From the NCBI GenBank assembly GCA_021650915.1, contig CP091279.1, positions 3,030,001 through 3,062,000 on the forward strand: a stretch of DNA of 32,000 nt, read 5' to 3'. Position 1 is the first letter of the stretch. Every line of letters begins with the position of its first letter. The notes below the pieces were generated by a model. It ran no database searches and was not told the origin of the DNA. It saw only the letters and a list, made by a program, of their open reading frames with translations. The position numbers and the translations under genes are program-made. Shown in pieces: positions 17,497 to 25,780 of this stretch. This DNA comes from Candidatus Brocadia sp. (GTDB lineage Bacteria > Planctomycetota > Brocadiia > Brocadiales > Brocadiaceae).

Positions 17497-19551
17497 TCAA
17501 GGATAATTTTGCCCGTCAAATACCTCTGGCAGGATATTAATAGCAATACTTCTCAGGTATTTAATCGTTTTCTCCGGGTCTTCAAACTGACAGGTTGTTT
17601 CTGCGATCTCTTTTGCTTTTTGGAAGGTAATTGATCGCACAATTTTTTTAATTTCTGGTATAATCGTTGCGGGAGCCACACTAAACTCAGTAAGTCCCAT
17701 ACCAATAAGCGGTGCGATATATTCAATCTCACTTCCCATTTGACCGCATATTCCAATAGGGATATTGTTGTCTGCTGCGGCTTTAATTGCTGTCTTTAAA
17801 AGCCTTAATATGGCCGGATGTACCGGACAGTATAAATAAGCTACCCGTTCGTTATTTCTATCAACCGCCAGAGAATACTGGATAAGATCATTCGTGCCAA
17901 TACTGAAAAAATCGCATTCTTTTGCCAGGAGATCCGCAATTATCACTGCAGAAGGAACTTCAAGCATTACGCCCATATCAATGTCTTTGTTGAAAGAGAC
18001 GCTTTCCTTGTCCAATTCTTCCATGGTTTCCCAAACCATTTGCTTTGCCCGCTGTAATTCCTGCAGCGAAGAGATCAGGGGAAATAAAATTTTTACATTA
18101 CCCAAAGCAGAAGCCCGCAAGATGGCTCTCAGCTGTATCTTAAAGATAGAAGGATTTTCAAAACAGTACCGGATAGAGCGGCATCCCAAAAAGGGGTTTC
18201 CTTCTTTTCTGTTATCCAAATAGTCAAATTTGTCAGCGCCAAGATCCAGCGTCCTGATAATAACTGGTTTATCTTGTAATTCCTGCACAACGGTGGCATA
18301 TGCCTCAAAATGCTCCTCTTCTGTTGGCGGCTTGGGCGCACCCAAATAAAGAAATTCTGTCCGGTAAAGACCGATTCCCTCCGCACCATATCGCACGTTG
18401 ATATTGATTTCCTTTGGAAATTCGATATTGCCAAAGATAGAAATATGTTTGCCGTCCCCTGTTGTTGAAGGTTGATCTTTTAGTTCCGTGGCGAGTCTTT
18501 CTTCAAAGACATGAATGCTTTTAACCCTGCTCTGATATGCTGCCAGTGTTTCTTCATTCGGTCTAACGATAACAATACCACTATTGCCATCCACAATAAC
18601 CGTATCACCCCCAAAGACGTCCGAGGTAATTGTTCCAAGCCCCACAACAGCAGGGATACCCAATGCCCTGGCTACAATGGCGGTATGTGATGTCCTGCCG
18701 CCTGCGTCAGTGGCAAATCCCTTAACCTTTCCGGTATCGAGGGAGGCTGTCTGAGAGGGGGTAAGATCATGAGCCACCAGCACCACTTCTTCGGCAAGGT
18801 TTTTCAGCTCTTCTCTCTTTTCTCCCAGTAAATTTTTTAACAGTCGCCGTTCAATATCAAAAATATCACTTACCCGGTCCGCAAGATACGAATCTCGGAT
18901 GTCTTGAAATTTTCTAATGTAAACACGCAGGGCAAGGGAGACGGCAAATTCCGGCGTAAAATTGGCTTTTTTTATCTTGTCAACGATCTCATTTTTTAAC
19001 CGTACATCTTGCAATACCATCCGATGGGTGCCAAAGATCGACCCAATTTCAGAACTCATGTTTTCGGAGACCTTCTGCTCTAAATCATGGATTTCCCTTT
19101 TCGAATCTTCAATTGCCTTTTCGAGCCTCATGAGTTCAGCTTCAACCTCGTCTTTTCCTATAAGATGACGAGGAATGCGGTACCCTTCACTCTCAAACAT
19201 AAAAGCCCCGCGAATGACCACGCCTGGCGATACGGCAATCCCTTTTCTAATTTCCATGAATTCTTCTTCAAATTTGTTTTTTACTAACCCTTCCAGGGCA
19301 TCCAATACCTCAGCTGCGTCAGTTCCTTTTGCACTAATAATGATTTCTGTGCCGTTCTCTGCACCCAGGGTCAAAAGTTCAATAATGCTTTTTCCATCAA
19401 CCTCTTTATTTTTTGTTTTTATACGGATTTCTGAAGTATATTTATTGGCAATCTCTGCAAATTTGGTGGCAGGCCGGGCGTGCATTCCATTGGAATTTGA
19501 GATTTTTACCTTTCGTTCCAATAACTGAGAATTATTTGCGTAAATATCCAT
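17497..19551 (-). CDS. ptsI: HPr-domain / PTS Enzyme I fusion (phosphoenolpyruvate-protein phosphotransferase)
   Basis: The N-terminal ~95 aa is HPr-like (GMHARPA active-site His, GKSI Ser46 context). The EI part carries GGRTSHTAIVARALGIPAVVG, LGIGTNDLIQY-like FSIGTNDLIQY, and a PEP-utilising domain. Confidence 0.9.
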   Translation of the reverse strand: MDIYANNSQLLERKVKISNSNGMHARPATKFAEIANKYTSEIRIKTKNKEVDGKSIIELLTLGAENGTEIIISAKGTDAAEVLDALEGLVKNKFEEEFMEIRKGIAVSPGVVIRGAFMFESEGYRIPRHLIGKDEVEAELMRLEKAIEDSKREIHDLEQKVSENMSSEIGSIFGTHRMVLQDVRLKNEIVDKIKKANFTPEFAVSLALRVYIRKFQDIRDSYLADRVSDIFDIERRLLKNLLGEKREELKNLAEEVVLVAHDLTPSQTASLDTGKVKGFATDAGGRTSHTAIVARALGIPAVVGLGTITSDVFGGDTVIVDGNSGIVIVRPNEETLAAYQSRVKSIHVFEERLATELKDQPSTTGDGKHISIFGNIEFPKEININVRYGAEGIGLYRTEFLYLGAPKPPTEEEHFEAYATVVQELQDKPVIIRTLDLGADKFDYLDNRKEGNPFLGCRSIRYCFENPSIFKIQLRAILRASALGNVKILFPLISSLQELQRAKQMVWETMEELDKESVSFNKDIDMGVMLEVPSAVIIADLLAKECDFFSIGTNDLIQYSLAVDRNNERVAYLYCPVHPAILRLLKTAIKAAADNNIPIGICGQMGSEIEYIAPLIGMGLTEFSVAPATIIPEIKKIVRSITFQKAKEIAETTCQFEDPEKTIKYLRSIAINILPEVFDGQNYP

Positions 19552-19707
19552 AATTTTACAAACAGGCCATGCAGAATTTTTATGGTATAGAACCCTTTGT
19601 TTTTAAAAATACGATCCAAACAGGAAGCGGTTTGTATGATTTTGTTTTGTCTGGTTTAATGATTCTTCCTGTCCCGGGGTTGTTGAGGAAAGAGAGAATG
19701 CTGCTGG

Positions 19708-20178
19708 TTAAACCTGGATACCGTCAACCTCACGCAATATTTCAACCATGCCGTTTTTACCATTTGCTTCCCGCAGGAATCGGCGGAAATCGTTATCGCG
19801 TATTACGGTGGAAATCCTTTCTAGCGCAGCAAGGTGAGCTCCTGCAGAATCATTTGGGGAAAGCAGGAGAAAGAAAAGATAGACCGGTTCTCCGTCCAAA
19901 GCATTGAAATCTACGCCATTCGTTGACCGTGCGATCGTCCCCATAATCTTTTTTATACAATCATGTTTTGTATGAGGAACTGCCACCCCTTTCCCAATGC
20001 CCGTGCTACCCAGTTCCTCCCGTTTTATAAGGGATTTAATAATATTTTCAACATCCTTGCTATGAATTTTCTGTGAATCTCTCAGGGAACACACCATTTC
20101 CCGAATCACGGCCTCTTTTTCCGTGGCTTTGATTTCTGTGATAATCGCTTCTTCTACAATAAAATCAGTCAACTTCAT
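19708..20178 (-). CDS. ptsN: PTS IIA-Ntr (nitrogen regulatory EIIA, type-2)
   Basis: GIGKGVAVPHTK active-site His context, length 156 aa, and position downstream of hpf. Confidence 0.85.
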   Translation of the reverse strand: MKLTDFIVEEAIITEIKATEKEAVIREMVCSLRDSQKIHSKDVENIIKSLIKREELGSTGIGKGVAVPHTKHDCIKKIMGTIARSTNGVDFNALDGEPVYLFFLLLSPNDSAGAHLAALERISTVIRDNDFRRFLREANGKNGMVEILREVDGIQV

Positions 20179-20211
20179 ACGATAAAATTCCTCCTGTAGA
20201 ATTGTTATTCG

Positions 20212-20616
20212 TCATCCTTCTGGTTCACCTTCAAAATCTTCCATCTGCTTCGTCTCCGGCTTTTTTCTTCGGACGATCCTGGATTGTATTTTGCCCTTAT
20301 GCTTTTTCAGTTGTGCCTCAATCTTATCAACAACACGGTCGATTGCCCGGTACATATCCGGATTTGACACCTCTGCGACCAACGTAGGCCCCCTCGAAAT
20401 CGAAACAATCATTTCAACAATATGGCTATTGTCACCGCCAATATCTAAAGTAATTTGTATTTGTAGAATCCATTCAAAAAATTTCTTAATCTTTTTCGCC
20501 TTTAGCAAGGCATAATTTTTGATAGCTTCCGTTATGTCTAAATGTCTCGCAACTATGGTTATGTTTTCCAAGAAAGCGTCCTTTCTAAAAAGCACCTGTT
20601 CGTAATTCGGAATCAA
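20212..20616 (-). CDS. hpf: Ribosome hibernation promoting factor (sigma54 modulation protein family)
   Basis: ENITIVARHLDITEAIKNYA... is typical of the HPF/RaiA N-terminus. The ORF-track start at 20616 is TTG. A second TTG at 20571 (giving MENITIVARH, preceded by AAAGGA) fits family N-termini better. Confidence 0.8.
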   Translation of the reverse strand: MIPNYEQVLFRKDAFLENITIVARHLDITEAIKNYALLKAKKIKKFFEWILQIQITLDIGGDNSHIVEMIVSISRGPTLVAEVSNPDMYRAIDRVVDKIEAQLKKHKGKIQSRIVRRKKPETKQMEDFEGEPEG

Positions 20617-20699
20617 TAATTTTACTTATTAAAAAATGGCCAGTCAAGGAAATTAACTGGATTGTATAGGAAGTTTCATTTTATTTATGCGGATTTGCG

Positions 20700-20789
20700 G
20701 TAGGGTGGATTAAGCGAGAGCGAATCCACCTTTCCTGTAAATAGTGTTGGTGGATTCGGCGTAAAAACCAACGCCTTGATCCACCCTAC
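20700..20789. repeat. Nested inverted-repeat element built on GGTGGAT/ATCCACC heptamers
   Basis: The outer arms are GTAGGGTGGAT (20700-20710) and ATCCACCCTAC (20779-20789). The inner arms are CGAATCCACC (20721-20730) and GGTGGATTCG (20749-20758). The heptamer occurs four times in alternating orientation. Confidence 0.7.
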
Positions 20790-20864
20790 TCATAACCGGA
20801 AAAGGGCGTCGGGCTGTTTTACGTCAGGGCAAGCTTTATGGGGTGCATAGACTTAGAATAACTA

Positions 20865-21013
20865 TAACACTTTAGTTTTTTGAAAAATTACCATAATAAC
20901 GATATTACCGCACGGCGTAGGGGCGAAGCATTTGCCATAAAGTGGCATACATGGATTCACACCCCAAGCAGGCAAATGCTTCGCCCCTACCTTTTCAAAA
21001 AACTAAAGTGTTA
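20865..21013. repeat. 149-bp element with two nested perfect inverted repeats (MITE-like or structured RNA)
   Basis: The outer 22-bp arms are 20865-20886 (TAACACTTTAGTTTTTTGAAAA) and 20992-21013. The inner 20-bp arms are 20917-20936 (GTAGGGGCGAAGCATTTGCC) and 20971-20990. The central loop is 34 nt. Confidence 0.75.
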
Positions 21014-21185
21014 CGAATAACTTTATTCTTTGTGTCTTTGTCAGTTTGTGGCATAATAATTTTATTTCAAACTCATAGCCTTGAAAAAAGTTTCTTTGCT
21101 TGACAACACAACGCCTACAGGTTTGTTGAACCATGCTTGAAATAGATTCCGTATGATCGAAAATTTCTTCCTGTTCAGATAAATC

Positions 21186-23810
21186 ATGAAAACGACCGCC
21201 TGGTTAGCCAAAGAATATTTCCTGCCCGATGCCATTTCTTCTATCAAAGACGCAATAGAAAAGGCGATGGGAAATGAGATATTCATGATAGGAAGGCTCA
21301 ATGATGACCTGCTGGTGACGGACGTTGATGTGTATGCCATGGGCAATAAAACGGCCGTGCCCGCCATGATAAAAGAGGCGAAATGCGGGGATGTTTTTAT
21401 CCACAACCATCCGGATGGGATTTTGGAGCCGTCCGATGCAGACCTTGAAATCGCATCATGTATGGGGTCTCAGAATGTGGGATGCTATATCATAAATAAT
21501 ACGGTGGAATTTGTATACCCCGTGGTAAAGGTAATGAAAGAGCGGTTATGCGAAAAGCTAACCTTCAGCGAGCTATCCGCACAATTTCAGCCGGGGGGAA
21601 ATTTTGCAAGGCACTTGTCACCATATGAATACCGGAAGCCACAGGTTGAGATGCTGAAGTCGGTCGTTGACGCCTTTAATGAAGATAAAATTGCCGTGAT
21701 TGAGGCGGGTACGGGAACGGGTAAATCCATGGCATATCTGGTTCCTGCCGTGTCATGGAGCATGAAAAATCAGGAACGGGTAGTCGTTTCTACCCATACG
21801 ATCAATCTTCAGGAGCAGTTGATGGAGAAAGATATCCCGATGCTCAGGAGATGCTGCGGACTTGATTTCAAGAGCGTTCTGGTAAAAGGCAGAAACAACT
21901 ATCTGTGCCTGCGGAAGGTTTCCAATGTGCGGTCTGAGGGCGGCACGCTGATTGAAGACAAAGATCGCCGGCAACTGAACGATCTCTTGGCGTGGGCTGC
22001 AAAGACGCGGGACGGCAGCAAGGCCGATCTGAATTTTGTGCCCCAGGAAGACGCCTGGGAGGCAATACAATCTGAGGCAGACCAGTGCACACGCCTGAAA
22101 TGCCCGTTTTATGACGAGTGTTTTTTTTATATCGCCCGGAGAAGCGCAGCCAGTGCAGATATTCTGGTTATCAATCATTATCTCCTGATGGCCGATCTGA
22201 TGGTGCGGAAGGAAACGAAGGGGTATGATGCCGTGGCTATTTTACCTCCCTTCCAGAAAATTATTATTGATGAGGCGCATCACCTTGAAGACGTGGCGAC
22301 GGCAAATCTCAGCACGACGATTTCGAGATTGCGGATAGTAAAGCTTCTGGGAAGGCTGGTCAATCTTAAGGATGCGAGAAAAGGACTGTTGCAGTACCTG
22401 AAGAGCAAATTCAAAGAGGTGGGTTCTGTACATGACAAGGCTATTGCCGGAGAAATTACCAACAGGATCAACACGGAAATCCTGGAGGCGCGGCAGCTTC
22501 TCTACGATACTGTACAGGGTATTTTTGAAGATATGTCCCAGTCGGTAAGCAATTATAGCAATTACGCCGGGTTGCAAAAAGAAGAGATGAGGGATGAGGA
22601 ATGCAAATTTCGTGTTACCGCAAGCTTTACTTCTACCGATCTGTGGCGGGATGTTATCGAGAATCAGTTTAGAAAATTAAGCGCTGATATCCAGAAATTT
22701 GTCTCTCTCTTAACGTCACTCCTCGATGAAATGACGGAACTCTCAAAGAAATCACAGGAAGTTCTGTCGTCCGTGCTGATCGATATTCTCTCGTGCAAGA
22801 TGCGATTGAAATTTGTGGCAAACGAAATTGATGCCTTTCTTGTCGAGAACGAAAAGATCTGCAAATGGATTGAGATAAAAAGATACGCGGGGGAGCCAAC
22901 CATCAGGTTTTGCGCCGCACCGCTCTCTGTTTCTGAAGATTTAAAGACCTGCCTCTACGATCATTATCGTACGATACTCCTGACATCAGCTACCCTGGCT
23001 ATCAACAAGACCTTCACCTTCTTCAAAGACAGCATTGGCTTGCAGCAGATTCCGGAGAGGCAATTGTCTGAGCTGATCCTGGATTCACCCTTTGATTACC
23101 AGCGCCAGTCGATTCTTGGCATTCCCACAGACATAGCAGAGCCCGGTCAACCAGGGTATGTTGCTGCGCTGGAAGAGAGCATCCTGCAAACCATAGAAAT
23201 TTCAAAAGGCCGCGCCTTAGTCCTGTTTACCTCATACAGCCTTCTCAATGATCTTTATCAGAGGTTAGAACCCCGGATTACACGACTCGGTTATCTCTGT
23301 TTGAAGCAGGGAGCAGGCAGTCGCCACAACCTCCTTGAGGCATTTAAAAAAGACGCATCCTCGGTCTTGTTTGCTACGGACAGTTTCTGGGAAGGGATTG
23401 ACGTAAGGGGGGGTGCGCTGGAATGCGTTATTCTCACCCGATTACCGTTTAAAGTGCCAACGCAACCTATTATTGAGGCAAGGGTGGAGGCCATAGAAAA
23501 GGCCGGCGGCGACGCCTTTTTTCAGTATTCCGTACCCATGGCGGTAATTAAATTCAAACAGGGCTTTGGAAGACTCATACGCAGTCGCGAGGATACGGGC
23601 GTCGTGGTTGTTTTCGACCGCCGGATAGTTACCAAAAGGTATGGGCGCGTCTTTCTTCAATCACTTCCGGACATCCGGTGTATTAAGGATAAGAGAGACG
23701 TTGTTTTCCAGGGAATGAGGTTGTTTTTTGGTAGCGACACGGCCTCTTCCCGTCAGGGAAATGAACGTCCTTCCGGCAAGACGACAAAGTACTCTCTCTA
23801 TAAAAAGTAA
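21186..23810 (+). CDS. dinG: JAB/MPN-domain - DinG/XPD-family Fe-S DNA helicase fusion
   Basis: The N-terminus carries the JAMM motif HNHPDGILEPSDAD (21402-21443). The helicase part has Walker A AGTGTGKS (around 21703-21729), DEAH (22269-22280), and four Cys (YLCLRK, DQCTRLKCPFYDEC) in the position of the XPD/DinG 4Fe-4S cluster. Confidence 0.85.
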   Translation: MKTTAWLAKEYFLPDAISSIKDAIEKAMGNEIFMIGRLNDDLLVTDVDVYAMGNKTAVPAMIKEAKCGDVFIHNHPDGILEPSDADLEIASCMGSQNVGCYIINNTVEFVYPVVKVMKERLCEKLTFSELSAQFQPGGNFARHLSPYEYRKPQVEMLKSVVDAFNEDKIAVIEAGTGTGKSMAYLVPAVSWSMKNQERVVVSTHTINLQEQLMEKDIPMLRRCCGLDFKSVLVKGRNNYLCLRKVSNVRSEGGTLIEDKDRRQLNDLLAWAAKTRDGSKADLNFVPQEDAWEAIQSEADQCTRLKCPFYDECFFYIARRSAASADILVINHYLLMADLMVRKETKGYDAVAILPPFQKIIIDEAHHLEDVATANLSTTISRLRIVKLLGRLVNLKDARKGLLQYLKSKFKEVGSVHDKAIAGEITNRINTEILEARQLLYDTVQGIFEDMSQSVSNYSNYAGLQKEEMRDEECKFRVTASFTSTDLWRDVIENQFRKLSADIQKFVSLLTSLLDEMTELSKKSQEVLSSVLIDILSCKMRLKFVANEIDAFLVENEKICKWIEIKRYAGEPTIRFCAAPLSVSEDLKTCLYDHYRTILLTSATLAINKTFTFFKDSIGLQQIPERQLSELILDSPFDYQRQSILGIPTDIAEPGQPGYVAALEESILQTIEISKGRALVLFTSYSLLNDLYQRLEPRITRLGYLCLKQGAGSRHNLLEAFKKDASSVLFATDSFWEGIDVRGGALECVILTRLPFKVPTQPIIEARVEAIEKAGGDAFFQYSVPMAVIKFKQGFGRLIRSREDTGVVVVFDRRIVTKRYGRVFLQSLPDIRCIKDKRDVVFQGMRLFFGSDTASSRQGNERPSGKTTKYSLYKK

Positions 23811-23856
23811 GGGAAGGCAGAGAAAAGTATATTATACATCTTGGGGGTATATCGCA

Positions 23857-24750
23857 ATGAAGGTTTTTTTGACAGGCAGTACAGGCTTTGTAGGGAAACA
23901 GATACTTCATGATTTACTCGAAAAAAAGTATCAGGTGAAATGTATCGTCCGGCAGGGTTCCGAACAAAAGATTGCGCATCACAAAGAAGTGGAGATCGTG
24001 CACGGAGATATTACCGATCCGGACAGTTTGCCGCGCAAATTGGCGGGATGCGACGTCGTGATTAATCTCGTTGGCATTATCAGAGAGTTCCCAGGGAAAG
24101 GGATTACCTTTGAAAAATTACATTATGAAGGAACGGCACATCTTGTCAGGGCGGCACGGGAACAGGGTGTCCGGCGATTCATTCAGATGAGTGCGCTCGG
24201 GGCACGAAGAGACGGCAAGACCCAATATCAGCGGACCAAGTTCCGCGCAGAAGAATGTATAAGAAGCAGTGGACTTGATTATACAATCTTTCGCCCTTCA
24301 ATTATCTACGGGCCGGAGGATAAATTCGTCAATCTTTTTGCCGGCATGCTGAAGACGCAGCAATTTGTGCCCGTTGTCGGCAACGGCAGGTATCAGATGC
24401 AACCCGTGTCCGTGGAAAATGTGTCGATGGGTTTTGTAAAATCCGTAGAAATGAATGACGCCATCGGAAAAATTTTTGCTGTTGGCGGACCAGAAAAGAT
24501 TGAGTTTAATCAAATCATTGACATCATTGGCAGCGTGCTCTGCGCCCCCCCGCACAAACTCCATATTCCGGTCTTCATCATGAACCTTGCGGCGGAAATG
24601 CTTGATTGGCTGCCTGCCTTCCCCGTCACGAAAGACCAGATTTGTATGCTTCTGGAAGGTAATACCTGTGATGAAAAACCATTTTTTAATCACTTTGGCA
24701 TCAAGCCTATTGAATTTAAACAAGGAATATCCAAATACCTTACCTTATGA
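23857..24750 (+). CDS. NAD(P)-binding SDR, NDUFA9/NmrA-like epimerase-dehydratase family
   Basis: MKVFLTGSTGFVGKQI is a Rossmann GxxGxxG motif. GGGGG lies 8 nt upstream of the ATG at 23857. The longer ORF-track start (23728) overlaps the end of dinG. Confidence 0.8.
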   Translation: MKVFLTGSTGFVGKQILHDLLEKKYQVKCIVRQGSEQKIAHHKEVEIVHGDITDPDSLPRKLAGCDVVINLVGIIREFPGKGITFEKLHYEGTAHLVRAAREQGVRRFIQMSALGARRDGKTQYQRTKFRAEECIRSSGLDYTIFRPSIIYGPEDKFVNLFAGMLKTQQFVPVVGNGRYQMQPVSVENVSMGFVKSVEMNDAIGKIFAVGGPEKIEFNQIIDIIGSVLCAPPHKLHIPVFIMNLAAEMLDWLPAFPVTKDQICMLLEGNTCDEKPFFNHFGIKPIEFKQGISKYLTL

Positions 24751-25772
24751 AAGGCGAAGATACAACCATGGCAGACACGAACCATTTGAATGCTGATTAT
24801 CTCCTGCAGCTCAGTTGTGGCTACTGGAAGTCTCACGTCCTCTTTACTGCAGTAGGATTTGATCTCTTTACAATCTTGAACAGAGGAAGGCGTACCGCCA
24901 AAGAAATTTCTCAAACCATTCAGGCAAACGAACGGGCAACCGAGATGCTTCTCAACGCACTTGTCTCCCTTGATTTACTTACGAAACAGGAAAACTATTA
25001 TGCAAATTCCGTCCTGTCGAATCGCCACCTGATCAAAGGAAACCCCTATTATCTCGGGGATTCTATCCATCATTTCCATAACATGATGGACACGTGGGCA
25101 ATGCTTCGGGAAACGATCGAGACGGGAAATCCGGTTTCCCTCAAGGACCTGCCGGAAGAAGTTGACCCGCATGATGTGAGGGATTTTATCACGGCAATGC
25201 ACAATCTGGCTTCGGTAAAAACGGAGGAGATTTGCAGCAAGATCGATTTAAAAGAGGCAAAGCTCTTGCTGGATATTGCCGGCGGGCCAGGCACCTATGC
25301 CATCGCCCTTGCAAGGGCCAATCCGGGGCTTCATGCCGTTGTCTTTGACCTGGAGCACACCATTCGTCTCACCCGAGAATTCATTGCGGCGGCAAAGATA
25401 GAAGACCGCGTTACCACGCAAGCGGGCAACTGTCTGGAGGATAGCTTTGGGGAAAAAGTGTACGATGCGATCCTGGTCTCAAATCTTTTGCATATCTACA
25501 ACCCCGCCAATAATACCAGAATACTCAGAAAATGCCGGGATGCTCTCAGAGAACGCGGGCTTATCGTCATCCATGAATTTGTCCTGGACACAACGAAGAC
25601 ACACCCGCAATTTGCCGCCCTCTTCAGTCTCAATATGCTCCTCGGCACTCAGGAAGGGGAGTCGTATAGCGAGGACGAGTACCGGGTATGGCTTGCCAAT
25701 GCCGGGTTTGAGGATATAAAAAGGATTGATCTGGAATCCAATTCGACCTTAATTCTTGGCAAGAAAAAGTAA
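24747..25772 (+). CDS. SAM-dependent O-methyltransferase (family 2, with N-terminal dimerisation/winged-helix region)
   Basis: LLDIAGGPGTYAIALA is SAM motif I, with VVFDL following it. An ATGA overlap joins it to the upstream SDR. The start could alternatively be the Met at 24768. Confidence 0.8.
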   Translation: MKGEDTTMADTNHLNADYLLQLSCGYWKSHVLFTAVGFDLFTILNRGRRTAKEISQTIQANERATEMLLNALVSLDLLTKQENYYANSVLSNRHLIKGNPYYLGDSIHHFHNMMDTWAMLRETIETGNPVSLKDLPEEVDPHDVRDFITAMHNLASVKTEEICSKIDLKEAKLLLDIAGGPGTYAIALARANPGLHAVVFDLEHTIRLTREFIAAAKIEDRVTTQAGNCLEDSFGEKVYDAILVSNLLHIYNPANNTRILRKCRDALRERGLIVIHEFVLDTTKTHPQFAALFSLNMLLGTQEGESYSEDEYRVWLANAGFEDIKRIDLESNSTLILGKKK

Positions 25773-25780
25773 AAAACCCC

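Noticed and set aside
20700-21013. CRISPR array
   Set aside because: The repeats are inverted and nested, not direct repeats separated by unique spacers. No cas genes are in the window.
23728-23856. Upstream extension of the SDR ORF overlapping the end of dinG
   Set aside because: The Rossmann fold begins right at MKVFLTGSTGFVGK (ATG 23857), which is preceded by an SD-like GGGGG. The extension has no family-like sequence.
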